The notes beneath the pieces are model-generated. The model was not told the origin of the DNA, ran no database searches, and saw only the letters and a list, made by a program, of their open reading frames with translations. A DNA stretch of 58,892 nucleotides from a virus (taxonomy: Duplodnaviria > Caudoviricetes): the IMG/VR virus record IMGVR_UViG_3300012912_000001, positions 1-58,892 of that record. One strand, written 5' to 3'. Both the position numbers and the translations under genes were made by a program. Within the stretch, counting starts at the first letter, position 1. Each line of letters begins with the position of its first letter. Positions 46,259 to 55,619 of the stretch are shown one piece after another.

Positions 46259-47951
46259 AGTTGCCTTGGGCTCCATCAAGTAGCTCCGCTTCCTCACGTA
46301 TAGCCCATTCCGGACTTCCTGTCTTGACTTTTTCCACCGGCAGGCGCCACCGGAAGTGGTAGCTGTGCCGGTGGATGTAGAGCCCGCCGTCGCACACGTC
46401 GCGCAGCGAGCTCGGGTCCTCGATGAGCTTGCCCTCCGACGTCCGCAGCGGCGCCCAGCGGTGGGCCTTCATCTCGGCGAGGAGCGGCGAGCCCTCTCGG
46501 AACTGGAAGTGCCGCGCACGGATGTCCGCGTTCCACTGGCGAATCGCCATGATTTTATTAGGCTTTATGGCTTCGGTGATGGGGAGCTGGTAGCGCTGCA
46601 TCCACTCCTTGCTCCACCCCGCAACCGCCGGCTTGCCGCCGCCGCCGGCGTCCGCGACCCACAGACCAACCCTGGTCTGCGCCTGCACCGCGCGCAGCGC
46701 CGCCGCCATCTCGTTGTAGTCGAGCCCGGTCTTCTTCCACGAAGCCACCTCGTACAGGATAGGGTCGAGCTGAGACCAGGCGACGAGCACCCAAGAGAAC
46801 GCGCGCGTGGTGCCGAGGTCTGAGCCCACGCCAAGCAGGTACTCGCGGCGGTCCGCCCAACCCGGAAGGTCCATGAGCGCACGCGTGATGTCCGGGTAGC
46901 CATCAGGCGCCAGTCGCATCGGCGCGTAGACGAGCTCGTGGTCGGGCACCTTGTGGACGTCGTACACGAAGCGCGCGTCGCCCTTGACCCAGATGGCCTT
47001 CCAGTCGCGCAGGAAGTCCGGGTCTTCGTCGTCCCATCCGTTCTCGCGCTTCGCTTCGCCCGCGGTGCGCTCCCAGCGGACCTCGACGGACTTCGCCTCG
47101 GCCTCGGCCTCGGTCGCGAACGGCCCGTACTTGTGCGCCTCCCACTCTTCGGGCGTGAGCTTCGGCGCGCCGTACATGTTGTCGACGACGAACCACTTCC
47201 CGTCCTCCCACATCACGCGCCCGTAGAACGGGTTGTCCGTGACCGCGAAGTGGTGCACCTCCCAACCCTTCAGGCGCTCGTGCGCCTCTTCCTTGGTGAC
47301 CTCGTAGAAGAAGCCCTGCAGGTCTTGGCAGGGCGTCCCGGTCAACCACACCTCGCCCTCGAAGTCCGTCTGACCGGCGGTGATAGTCGCCTTGTAGAAC
47401 GCCTCGAGCCACGTGAAGTCTTGCGCCTCGTCAATCCAATAGACGGCGTAGGCCTCGCCCTTGAGCTTCGTCGTCGCCTGCTCGTGGTTCGCACCGAACA
47501 GCGTGATGCTCGAGCCGTTGTCGAAGATGAGCTGGAGGTCGCCCTCGCGCACCGTGACCACGACAGCGCCAAGCCGAAACCGCGGCGGTGTCGCCTCCGG
47601 GTTCAGCCTCTCACCGTGACGCTCGATGATATCGACGAAGCCGTTCTTGGTCTTCGAGCGCCACACGCGGCTCTTGGCCTCCGCGAGCGTCGTCGCCGCG
47701 TAGACCGCCGCGAAGTCGCGGATGGTGATGGAGCGCGCAAGCAGCTCATGACACCCGCCGGTGGTGGCGCCAGAGCGCCGCGTCTTCTTCGTCGCGCGGC
47801 GCCGGTGCTTCGAGCGGAAGAACGCAGCCTGCTTCGGGTAGAAGAAGCCTCTCAGCTTCGCTGCGCGGTCCTCGTTCGTTGCGCGGTCGAGCTCCGCGGC
47901 GCGCCGACGCTTGAGCTCAGCCAGGAGGAGCTCTGCGCGCGACCGGTCCAC
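46248..47951 (-). CDS. terL: Terminase large subunit
   Basis: PKQ adenine motif, KTRRSGAT Walker A variant, WIDEAQ Walker B, LTGTP, DNP, GSDLG nuclease Asp, D.CDG..Y. Confidence 0.9.
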   Translation of the reverse strand: MDRSRAELLLAELKRRRAAELDRATNEDRAAKLRGFFYPKQAAFFRSKHRRRATKKTRRSGATTGGCHELLARSITIRDFAAVYAATTLAEAKSRVWRSKTKNGFVDIIERHGERLNPEATPPRFRLGAVVVTVREGDLQLIFDNGSSITLFGANHEQATTKLKGEAYAVYWIDEAQDFTWLEAFYKATITAGQTDFEGEVWLTGTPCQDLQGFFYEVTKEEAHERLKGWEVHHFAVTDNPFYGRVMWEDGKWFVVDNMYGAPKLTPEEWEAHKYGPFATEAEAEAKSVEVRWERTAGEAKRENGWDDEDPDFLRDWKAIWVKGDARFVYDVHKVPDHELVYAPMRLAPDGYPDITRALMDLPGWADRREYLLGVGSDLGTTRAFSWVLVAWSQLDPILYEVASWKKTGLDYNEMAAALRAVQAQTRVGLWVADAGGGGKPAVAGWSKEWMQRYQLPITEAIKPNKIMAIRQWNADIRARHFQFREGSPLLAEMKAHRWAPLRTSEGKLIEDPSSLRDVCDGGLYIHRHSYHFRWRLPVEKVKTGSPEWAIREEAELLDGAQGNYDG

Positions 47952-48501
47952 TCAGCCCTGCTTGGTCGCCTCGCGGCTCAAACGCGCCAGCGCTGCGCGG
48001 TATGCGTCCTGCGCCACCGAGAGCTTGGCGGTAGCGTCGCCCTGCACACGCGCGAGCTCCGCCGCCGCAACACGAAACGCCTCATACGCATCGCGCTCAT
48101 CGCCGATGAGCAGCGTGTGCGGCGCAGACGAGACCACGTCAGGCGGGTCATCGACCACAGGTACGTCGACCGTCGTATGGCGCTCGAAGTGCCTGCGCAT
48201 CGCGTCTTCGGCCTGAGTCACTTCGGACCCTCCCCGGGCAGCGGCTCGGACGGACCTATGTTTCGTCCCAGCACATACCGCTCGTGCCAATTCGAACCCT
48301 TCAGGATGACATCCAGGGCTTCCAGCGCCTCGTCGACGCTTTTGGATGCAGATGCGGAGGCTTTCTTGTAAGCCTCGTTGGCTTCAGTTACGTCCCGGTC
48401 GGCCATGGCCTGACCGACGATAGCCGACTGCCTATCGGTGCAGGCTTGGTAAAGCCGCCGTAGCGCGCCCACGGTCGTGGTCACCACCTCGTCCTCGATA
48501 T

Positions 48502-48750
48502 TCACTTGGCCTTCGCTTTCTCGTCGGCGACCCTGAGCCACGTTGCATGCGCGATGTTCGACCACGGCACCACGATGACGCGCGAGATGGGACCCGCCTC
48601 GTACGTGAACTCGAGGCCCATGTCGCCGCGCTCCTTCACGGTCGTCTTGCCGCCGCCAGGGCCGTTGAGCCCGGTGTCGTAGCTCCACGACTCCTGCGCG
48701 AGCGAGCCGAGGGTGACGACCCTGTTGAAGCTGACGAAGTTCAGGCGCAT
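48502..48750 (-). CDS. Hypothetical protein
   Basis: Coupled to groES; VPWSNI motif. Confidence 0.5.
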   Translation of the reverse strand: MRLNFVSFNRVVTLGSLAQESWSYDTGLNGPGGGKTTVKERGDMGLEFTYEAGPISRVIVVPWSNIAHATWLRVADEKAKAK

Positions 48751-49115
48751 CACTGGAGCACCACGGCCTTCCCGTCGGCCCCAAGGATGGGCGTCACGGG
48801 TGACAGGTCGTGCAGGATAGCCAAGCAGGCTGTCTCGCGGATGACGAGTCCCTCCTCGCCATCGTCGAGGGGCACCACGAGCTGGTCGCCCGCCTGCATC
48901 GAGCGAAAGAACACGACCACGTCACCCTTCTTCACATGCAGCGGGACGAGCGCGCCCGTGGTCATGAGCCGACCGGTGCCAGCCTCAAGCACCTCGGCCT
49001 TAAGCCACGGAGTGCCGTCGGTCGCAATCTCCGGAATCCAGAGACCGCCGCGCGTGCGCTGGTTGGTCTCCATGACCTTGACGAGCAAGCGGTCCCCAAG
49101 GAGTTCATACCGCAT
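48750..49115 (-). CDS. groES: Co-chaperonin GroES
   Basis: LGDRLLVK, TRGGLWIP, EVLEAGTG, VKKGDVV, IRE...LAI. Confidence 0.88.
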   Translation of the reverse strand: MRYELLGDRLLVKVMETNQRTRGGLWIPEIATDGTPWLKAEVLEAGTGRLMTTGALVPLHVKKGDVVVFFRSMQAGDQLVVPLDDGEEGLVIRETACLAILHDLSPVTPILGADGKAVVLQ

Positions 49116-49301
49116 CGGTCACCTTGACGATGTAGAGATGGTTGTAGCCGGGCATGGTTAGCTCGCTCTTGGCCTCATCGATGACGTGCAAGGCGACGAG
49201 CCGGGCAGCGTCGTCCATGCTGTTGCGCACGGCAACCGGCCTGTCCTTCCTGGCGCCGTTGTCTTGCATGACCACGTACACGGTCCGCGTCTTGAGTTCG
49301 T

Positions 49302-49742
49302 TCATGACACCTTCACTGGTCGGAGGAACTCGGCGAGCGGCATGTACGTCGCCAAGGGGTAACGAGCACGAAGAAGTGCGCTGTCCGGCCCATCGCTCGT
49401 GCAGACGACGGGCTGGTCTTTCCTGACGCCGGCCTGGAACAGGAGAGCGGTCGCGATGCCGCCTTCCCTGTCGTCGGCTCTCGTGTAGACGTAGTGGACG
49501 ACCGGAATCCCTGCACCCTCGACGAACAGAACCCACCCCATGATGGCGTCCGGGTCATGCGGTCGAGCCCGCACGAGTACCTTCGTGTCCTTGCGGTCGA
49601 GCACAGCGTCGATAAGCGCCGTGAGCTGAGGGCCGCTACGCGCAGACCGATGCCGCTCGTGCGGGTACGTACCGCGCAGGATGCTCTTGTGCCACGTCGA
49701 GGCGACGTAGCTCTGGTCTGAGGCGCGCGGGGCCCGAATCAC
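49302..49742 (-). CDS. GNAT-like acetyltransferase
   Basis: VHYVYT...REGGIATALL acetyl-CoA-binding motif A. Confidence 0.65.
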   Translation of the reverse strand: MIRAPRASDQSYVASTWHKSILRGTYPHERHRSARSGPQLTALIDAVLDRKDTKVLVRARPHDPDAIMGWVLFVEGAGIPVVHYVYTRADDREGGIATALLFQAGVRKDQPVVCTSDGPDSALLRARYPLATYMPLAEFLRPVKVS

Positions 49743-50473
49743 AGGCCAATCCGATGCATGTGCTGAAGTGCCTCGCCTGCACGCCGCTCATGCCAAGCCG
49801 CGGTCTCCTTGGCGTCGAAGCGGTACACGAACTCCACCGGCTTGGGTTCCGGCGGATTCGGCACGAACTCGTACGGCTCCCACACCGTGTAGCGCGTGTA
49901 GATGCTGACGGGTCCACCCGCCATGTCCCATGCGATGAAGTGCCTCGCCTGTACACCGCGCACGACCTTACCGTCCATGGGGCCGCCGACGAAGCGCGCA
50001 GGGATACGGCCGCGCACGACGCTCATGACGAGCGACCCACCTTCGCCATCATCCGAGCGTTGGCGATGCGAGGGTGCACGCCCTCGGCGATGAGCGCGCC
50101 CCACTCAGCCTGCAGAGCATGAAACTCGGACATCGCGCGCTCGTAACACGCATCGCAGACATTCGAACTCGCAGAGCCGCCTCCAGTACGCTCGATGGTT
50201 ACCGGCCTCACATCAGGCCCATCGTGCTCGCAGCCCTGAGCCTGGCACTTCACTTGTCTTCCCCGGCGCAACGCAAGAGGAAGCGCGCGAGGGTCACCGC
50301 AGACATCGCCGGCAGAACGAGCGACACAACCGATGAGCCTGAATTACCATTGCGGCCGTCGCGCGCCATCTGCAGCCAGACGTAATCATCCTCCGCCATC
50401 ACTGCCGAAATCATGGCAGGGTCCACGCCTTCCAGCGTGGAAATGGATATACCCTCTCCTGGTGGTGGCCGGC

Positions 50474-51043
50474 TCATCGCTTCAACTCCAAGAGCGAGAA
50501 CCGCAGCTCCTGCTCCTCATCTTGGGTCATCTGCTTCGCGCCGGTCTTCGCTGCATCGTCGACCGGCCGCGGGTTCATGCTGTTGTAGATGGCGCCGTCG
50601 GGCATGACCTCGTTGCGCGCGAGCAATGAGGCCGCGCGCTTCTCGAGTCGGCCCTCGACGATACGCAGCTCGCGGTCTACCGCGCTGTTGTCGTAGAGCC
50701 CGATGGCACATGGGTGCGCGTCGTACTCGCGCAGCGCCTTCTCCGGGTCGTCGGCCCTGAGGCTGTGCCACTTGCACGCGCACGCCGCCCAGTAGAACTT
50801 GACCTCACCGTCGCTGCCGAATCGCAGCGCCCCAGCTCGGTTCATCTGCTTCGCCTCAGCCAGCTCCGCGCTGACCTCGCCGTCGATGCGGGCCCTGCGC
50901 TTCGCCTGGCGCCGCTTCGTGGAGATGGCGAACGACTTGCGGAGGTTGTCGGCGACCTGCTCTTGTGTCAGATCGGTGTCAAGCTCCACGAAGCGGCCAT
51001 TCTCGGGCTCCTCGACGAGCTCGAGCTTGGGGTCATCGCTCAC
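50474..51043 (-). CDS. Hypothetical protein with Cys/His cluster and C-terminal RFSLLEL
   Basis: GTG start after AAGGAG. Confidence 0.5.
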   Translation of the reverse strand: MSDDPKLELVEEPENGRFVELDTDLTQEQVADNLRKSFAISTKRRQAKRRARIDGEVSAELAEAKQMNRAGALRFGSDGEVKFYWAACACKWHSLRADDPEKALREYDAHPCAIGLYDNSAVDRELRIVEGRLEKRAASLLARNEVMPDGAIYNSMNPRPVDDAAKTGAKQMTQDEEQELRFSLLELKR

Positions 51044-51232
51044 TTGGACTCCTTGGGCAGCGGGTCGGTCACTTGACCTCATCCTCCACGAGCCGACGCT
51101 CGAGCCCCGCCTTGATGGCCACGTCGTCGAGGGCTGCGCCGTCCTCGTGCGGCGTGTAGCCGAGCTTGGCGCGCAGGCGAAGCCGCAGCTCCGGGTCACG
51201 CTCGAGGCGCCTGAACAGCAGACCGGCCTGCC

Positions 51233-51577
51233 TCACAGGCGCCACTCGTCATGTGGTCGAGGGCGCCCAGCGTAGGTCCCGAGACTGATGCGATTCGTCC
51301 GGCTCCAGTGCTTGCGTAGGCGCAGCGCGACGGCCGACTGGTGCGCGAACAGGTCGATGCGTTGCGACGGCGTAAGCTCTCTGAGCTCCTTGTCGTCGCG
51401 CGTCCAATCGGCCTGCGCGTTGAGGAGCGAGTCCAGGGTCACGCCCCAATCCCAGCGGTCTGGCATGCCGTGGCGCGTACCGGTGAGGCCCATCTTGCCG
51501 GCCTCGATGCAGAGCATCGCGTGCCAGGCGCCATCGCATACGGGTAACCTTCGTTCGAGCGTGTCCTGACCACTCAT
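51233..51577 (-). CDS. Hypothetical protein
   Basis: First gene after a minus-strand promoter. Confidence 0.5.
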   Translation of the reverse strand: MSGQDTLERRLPVCDGAWHAMLCIEAGKMGLTGTRHGMPDRWDWGVTLDSLLNAQADWTRDDKELRELTPSQRIDLFAHQSAVALRLRKHWSRTNRISLGTYAGRPRPHDEWRL

Positions 51578-51584
51578 ACGTGTC

Positions 51585-51681
51585 ATCGGAGCACACCTGG
51601 CGGACCGTGTCAACAGCAGGATTCGTGCCGTGGAGCGCAGCGACATGCGCCATGGACATTCCGGTTGACATCGTCTACAGA
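51585..51681. promoter_or_regulatory. Divergent promoter region with operator copies
   Basis: Minus: TTGACA (51613-51608)-N17-TCCGAT. Plus: TGGACA-N17-TACAGA with GTTGAC-ATC-GTCTAC at 51664-51678. Confidence 0.55.
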
Positions 51682-51690
51682 CATGACGAC

Positions 51691-51897
51691 ATGAAAAAAT
51701 CCATCAGCAAGTTGTCGCTCTCCTTGGAGAGCGTGAGGATTCTCAGCGCGCCTCAGCTTCGGCTCGCGGGCGGAGCCCAAGCCATAGAGACCTGGCTCAT
51801 CGAGTGCTACACGACCGGGTGCACCTGGACTGACTTCGAGGGTGGATGCATGCCCTCCTACCAGGACACCTGCTACTCAGTCAACGCTCAGTGTTGA
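51691..51897 (+). CDS. RiPP/lanthipeptide-precursor-like peptide 3
   Basis: MKKSISKLSLSLESVRILSAPQLRLAGG-AQAIETWLIECYTTGCTWTDFEGGCMPSYQDTCYSVNAQC. Confidence 0.75.
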   Translation: MKKSISKLSLSLESVRILSAPQLRLAGGAQAIETWLIECYTTGCTWTDFEGGCMPSYQDTCYSVNAQC

Positions 51898-51922
51898 CAA
51901 CGTCAGCTGCAGGCCCCACAGT
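51893..51922 (+). promoter_or_regulatory. Promoter/operator
   Basis: GTTGAC-AAC-GTCAGC; TTGACA-N17-CACAGT; ATG at 51929. Confidence 0.65.
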
Positions 51923-51928
51923 AGGCCA

Positions 51929-52174
51929 ATGATTCGACCCAGCGACCCCCGGCTCAGCAACCAGCCGACCCTCAACCTCCGCACGGTGGCCGCCATCATC
52001 CTCGAGCTCGAGTCGACCGTGCTCGAGGCGCGGGGCAACTACCCCGCCCACGCCGGGCCATGGCGCATGCTCGTCTCTGCTGCAGATAAGGCAGAGGTCA
52101 TCCGCCAAAGCGCGGAGGCGGGGTGGCACGTGACGGAACTGAACGGCAAGTTCAGCATCGAGCCTACCAAGTGA
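51929..52174 (+). CDS. Hypothetical protein, probably leaderless
   Basis: ATG 6 nt after the -10. Confidence 0.55.
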   Translation: MIRPSDPRLSNQPTLNLRTVAAIILELESTVLEARGNYPAHAGPWRMLVSAADKAEVIRQSAEAGWHVTELNGKFSIEPTK

Positions 52175-52272
52175 CCGCGGTCCTCCTCTGCGCTCTCGCC
52201 GGCTGGACCCTAGGGCTCGGTGAGGCGCCCGCAGGGGCCCTGTTTTCTGGCCTCGTCGTGTCGACGGTTTAC

Positions 52273-52299
52273 GTAGGTTCGACTCCTACCAGCGCCACC
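52273..52299 (+). other. tRNA 3'-end-like element (T-arm plus acceptor 3' strand); possible attP remnant or degenerate tRNA
   Basis: GTAGG-TTCGACT-CCTAC-CAGCGCC-A-CC; no convincing D or anticodon arms. Confidence 0.5.
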
Positions 52300-52569
52300 C
52301 CCTCCCCGTAGACGATTCAGGCCAGAGATCTACTAAGACCTTAGTACAAAACAGATAGACCGTTCTGTCTAAACAACCATCGACATGCGCCATGTTGGCA
52401 CGTGTCAACCATGACACAGGAGAATCATGAGAGATATCCAGAAGATGATAGAAGAGGCCATCGGGCGGCTGATCGGCGAGACGGGCGGCGGCTCGTGGTC
52501 GCGGCGCGAGCGCCCACGCGTCGACGAGCACCCGACGCAGACGAAGCTGCGATGGGAGCGCGCCGCGTG

Positions 52570-53451
52570 ATGCCGCCACAACTCACCATGGATTTCTCGC
52601 CGCGCGCTGCCGCGCTGCATCGGCTCGCCGGTCGGCGCGTCATCGCGTCGATCTCGGGTGGCAAGGACTCGGCCGCGATGTCGCTCTACCTCCGCGAGCT
52701 CGGCGTCGAGCACGAGCGCGTGTTCATGGACACCGGCTGGGAGCATCCCGCCACGTACGATTACCTGCGCGGGCCGCTCGCCGACAAGCTCGGACCGATC
52801 ACCGAGATCCGCGGCGAGCTCGACTTCGCCGCGCTCGTGATGAAGAAGGGCCTGTTTCCGTCGCGCGTGATGCGCTTCTGCACCGAGCTACTCAAAGTCG
52901 TTCCGGTGCAACGCTGGCTCGCAGCCCGCGCGGCGCATGGCGACGAACTTGTCAATGCCGTCGGGATCCGGCGCGCCGAGTCGCGCGCGCGATCGCAAAT
53001 GCCGGAGTGGGAGTGGTCGGACGGTTTCGACCTCGAAGTGTGGCGACCGCTCGTCACGTGGTCCACCGATGACGTCGCAGCGATCCATCGCCGGCACGGT
53101 CTCGAGATGAATCCCCTCTACGAGCTCGGCGCGAGCCGCGTCGGATGCTGGCCCTGCATCCACGCGCGCAAGAGCGAGATCGCGCTCGTCGCGCGCACGG
53201 ACCCGCAGCGCATCGATCGCATCCGCGAGATCGAACGTCAGCTCAACGAGGCAGGCGCGGCTCGCGACGCGGCAGCGGGACGATCTTTCATGGTGCGCTC
53301 GATGTTCAGCTTTCATGGCGGCGACAACCGCCATGTGCCGCTGCCGATCGATCAGGCGATCGAGTGGGCGAACAGCAAGCGCGGGGAGTGGCAGCCGCCA
53401 GGAGCTGGCGAGGGCTGCATGCGACACGGCCTCTGCGAGGCAGCAGCGTGA
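52570..53451 (+). CDS. PAPS reductase family protein
   Basis: SISGGKDS PP-loop, DTGWE, RFCT.LLK, GIRRAES, RVGCWPC. Confidence 0.88.
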   Translation: MPPQLTMDFSPRAAALHRLAGRRVIASISGGKDSAAMSLYLRELGVEHERVFMDTGWEHPATYDYLRGPLADKLGPITEIRGELDFAALVMKKGLFPSRVMRFCTELLKVVPVQRWLAARAAHGDELVNAVGIRRAESRARSQMPEWEWSDGFDLEVWRPLVTWSTDDVAAIHRRHGLEMNPLYELGASRVGCWPCIHARKSEIALVARTDPQRIDRIREIERQLNEAGAARDAAAGRSFMVRSMFSFHGGDNRHVPLPIDQAIEWANSKRGEWQPPGAGEGCMRHGLCEAAA

Positions 53452-53533
53452 CCGCGCGAGCTTCGACTCGAGGTGACGCCTTGAAGCTCGACAGCGAGCT
53501 CGGCACCGTCCGGACACCGGACATGGTGGGACG

Positions 53534-53887
53534 TTGACAGCAACCCGCGTCAACATCGAGGAGGGCGCGTGGACCGATCTGCGGTTCGCGACGCTCGCGC
53601 GTCTGCTCGGCCTAGCCGGCGGACACGATCACGCGCTGATCCTCTGCGCGAAGATCTGGTCATGGCAGACCGCGCACTACACGCCGGAGGCGCCCACGTA
53701 CGCGGTGGAGCACGCGCTCGTGGATGGCGTGCTCGGCACCGGTGGCGCGGCCGCGATGATCAAGGCCCGGCTCGCGGAGGATTGTTCCGGGTACTCGAGT
53801 CGAGTGGAGCAAGGGCGCGCCCGCCCGTCACATCTCGTGCCGCTCGGCCACGGCCGTTATCTCGACGGAGCGCGTCATCGTCGCTGA
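53534..53887 (+). pseudogene. Possible truncated second replication-initiator N-terminus
   Basis: RVNIEE.AW.D.RF..LARLLG...IW.WQ resembles phage initiator N-termini; sequence degrades after about 85 aa. Confidence 0.4.
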
Positions 53888-54021
53888 TATGCCTCGCCGC
53901 TCGTACGGCCGTGGCAAGTGGACAGGCTGCTCATGCGGCTCTCGGGAGGACCCTAACGGCGGGCTAGTTCCGAGCACCCGCAACTGCTCAAGTTGCGAGC
54001 ACGACGCGTAAGGACAACACC

Positions 54022-54366
54022 ATGAGCAACACCAGAACCATCACCCTCAGCAATCGGGCACCAGTACGCATCGCGGATGCGAGTTGGCCGGTCATCGCCG
54101 CCAGCTCGTGGTCAGACAACCCCACCATTCCGGCGCAGGCGAACCGCACCGCCTGGCTCAAGGTGCGGCAACACGTAGACGGGCGCACGCTCGTCTACGG
54201 GGGCAGCGACTCGAATTGGCAGGGCGAGCGCAGCCTGCGGAGCGGCCTGCTCTTGGATGTGGGGGACGACATCGTGCACGCCATCAACTCGGTGGCATCC
54301 GAACTGGACCGCCATGACGAGCTCGCAGCCGATGCCATCGGTGACCTACCAGCCGAGGATATCTGA
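54022..54366 (+). CDS. Hypothetical protein
   Basis: RBS AAGGA; VRQH.DGR.LVYG motif. Confidence 0.6.
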   Translation: MSNTRTITLSNRAPVRIADASWPVIAASSWSDNPTIPAQANRTAWLKVRQHVDGRTLVYGGSDSNWQGERSLRSGLLLDVGDDIVHAINSVASELDRHDELAADAIGDLPAEDI

Positions 54367-54645
54367 CATGGCCATCTACAGCGCCGTGTGGCGCGACGAC
54401 AGCGGAATCCGTCCGAGGGAGGTCATCGGACCGGTTGGCTCGCTGACCGAGTGCGCGAATTGGCTAGGGGCGCAGCCCCGGGTCTCCGGCCCGAATGGGC
54501 CGGCCACGAGCAAGGTCCTATACCGGGACGGCCGCGAGGTCGGAATCTGGGAGGAGCTTCGCGCCGCTGGGCTCACCGCGCTCGTGCGCCTCGACCCGTT
54601 CGGCCGCGAGGTGTTCGCTGGGGTTGCCAGCGCTGACGTCTGACT

Positions 54646-54674
54646 GTTGACAACGTCAACCGCAGTGCTATCAT
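54646..54674 (+). promoter_or_regulatory. Promoter/operator
   Basis: GTTGAC-AAC-GTCAAC; TTGACA-N16-TATCAT with extended TG; ATG at 54681. Confidence 0.75.
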
Positions 54675-54680
54675 GGTGAC

Positions 54681-54926
54681 ATGAAGCCGATGAACACCGA
54701 AGTGACCCGGGGCGACGTCGAGGAGTTCGAGACCTGCGCGGCGGCTGCGCGTGACTACGAGTCCGCCGCGGTATGCGCCATCGCTCTAGGCTCCTACATC
54801 GGCGACGTCTACGACAGCTATCCGCAGGCCGCCAGGAGCCGAATTGACGAGCTGGCGCCGGATGAGGAGACGGCTTGGTCGTCGGCGTCGTCCTGGGTCC
54901 TCGCGGCTCGCGCGATGGAGGATTGA
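54681..54926 (+). CDS. Acidic hypothetical protein, probably leaderless
   Basis: ATG 6 nt after the -10. Confidence 0.6.
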   Translation: MKPMNTEVTRGDVEEFETCAAAARDYESAAVCAIALGSYIGDVYDSYPQAARSRIDELAPDEETAWSSASSWVLAARAMED

Positions 54927-54927
54927 G

Positions 54928-55245
54928 ATGTCTGCTGCCGCCCTCATCAGGGGCCTGCCGCGCACGCCTGAGGACAACCTTCGCTCTGCTCTCGATATCC
55001 TTGACGCGTTGCACAAGGACCACGTCGACCGCGACATGGCAGCTAGTGCTCTTGTCGCGAGCTGGTACTCCGCCCGCGTCATCGAGCGTGAGATATCGCT
55101 GCACGATGACGCCGTGCAGCGCCTCGAGGCAGGCCAGACTCCAGACGGTGGAATCTGGAGCAGCTACCGGGGCGACGATTCGATGTGGAGCCCCACGCAG
55201 TCCACGGCATCGTGGGTGCGTGCCAGCAATCGACACGAGGACTGA
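54928..55245 (+). CDS. Hypothetical protein
   Basis: RBS GGAGG. Confidence 0.5.
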   Translation: MSAAALIRGLPRTPEDNLRSALDILDALHKDHVDRDMAASALVASWYSARVIEREISLHDDAVQRLEAGQTPDGGIWSSYRGDDSMWSPTQSTASWVRASNRHED

Positions 55246-55262
55246 GCGAGCGCACGCACAGT

Positions 55263-55292
55263 GTTGACGTCGTCAACATCCATGACTAAGGT
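55263..55292 (+). promoter_or_regulatory. Promoter/operator
   Basis: GTTGAC-GTC-GTCAAC; TTGACG-N17-TAAGGT; ATG at 55299. Confidence 0.75.
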
Positions 55293-55298
55293 AGGGAT

Positions 55299-55619
55299 AT
55301 GAACATCACCGACGAAATGCTCCGTGCACTCAAGGACGCGAGGGATGCCGCCATCGACATCGACATCGCAGCGAGCGCGGCGCTGTACAGCGTAGGCGCC
55401 GACGGGCGCTATATCGGTCCATCGGACGACCCTGCGCTGCGTGCAGCAGCTGACGCCGCGAGCGCTCGTCGGATTGCCGCGAGTGACGAGTATGACGCCG
55501 CGCGGCGCGAGCACTACGCCGAGCGGCGCACCCCCGAGGGGGACCGTCGACTCGACCGAGAGATGTACGACCGGATCCGCGCCGAGCATCGCTACGGCCG
55601 CGCGTGGAGGCTTGGATGA
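55299..55619 (+). CDS. Hypothetical protein, probably leaderless
   Basis: ATG 6 nt after the -10. Confidence 0.6.
   Translation: MNITDEMLRALKDARDAAIDIDIAASAALYSVGADGRYIGPSDDPALRAAADAASARRIAASDEYDAARREHYAERRTPEGDRRLDREMYDRIRAEHRYGRAWRLG

Noticed and set aside
47760-47795. TerL Walker A reads GAT rather than GKT (possible dead ATPase)
   Set aside because: KTRRSGAT fits the known deviant terminase Walker A with the Lys at the start of the loop.
27165-48371. Long plus-strand ORFs (e.g. 27165-28538, 32205-34067, 41591-42835, 43364-45076, 46938-48371)
   Set aside because: They are antisense shadows of real minus-strand genes, expected in high-GC DNA.
49764-49951. 16-bp direct repeat TGAAGTGCCTCGCCTG
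   Set aside because: Two copies inside one small ORF in different frames; no further structure supports a function.
52224-52300. Complete functional tRNA gene
   Set aside because: The acceptor stem has two mismatches and the D and anticodon arms are non-canonical; only the 3' element is reported.
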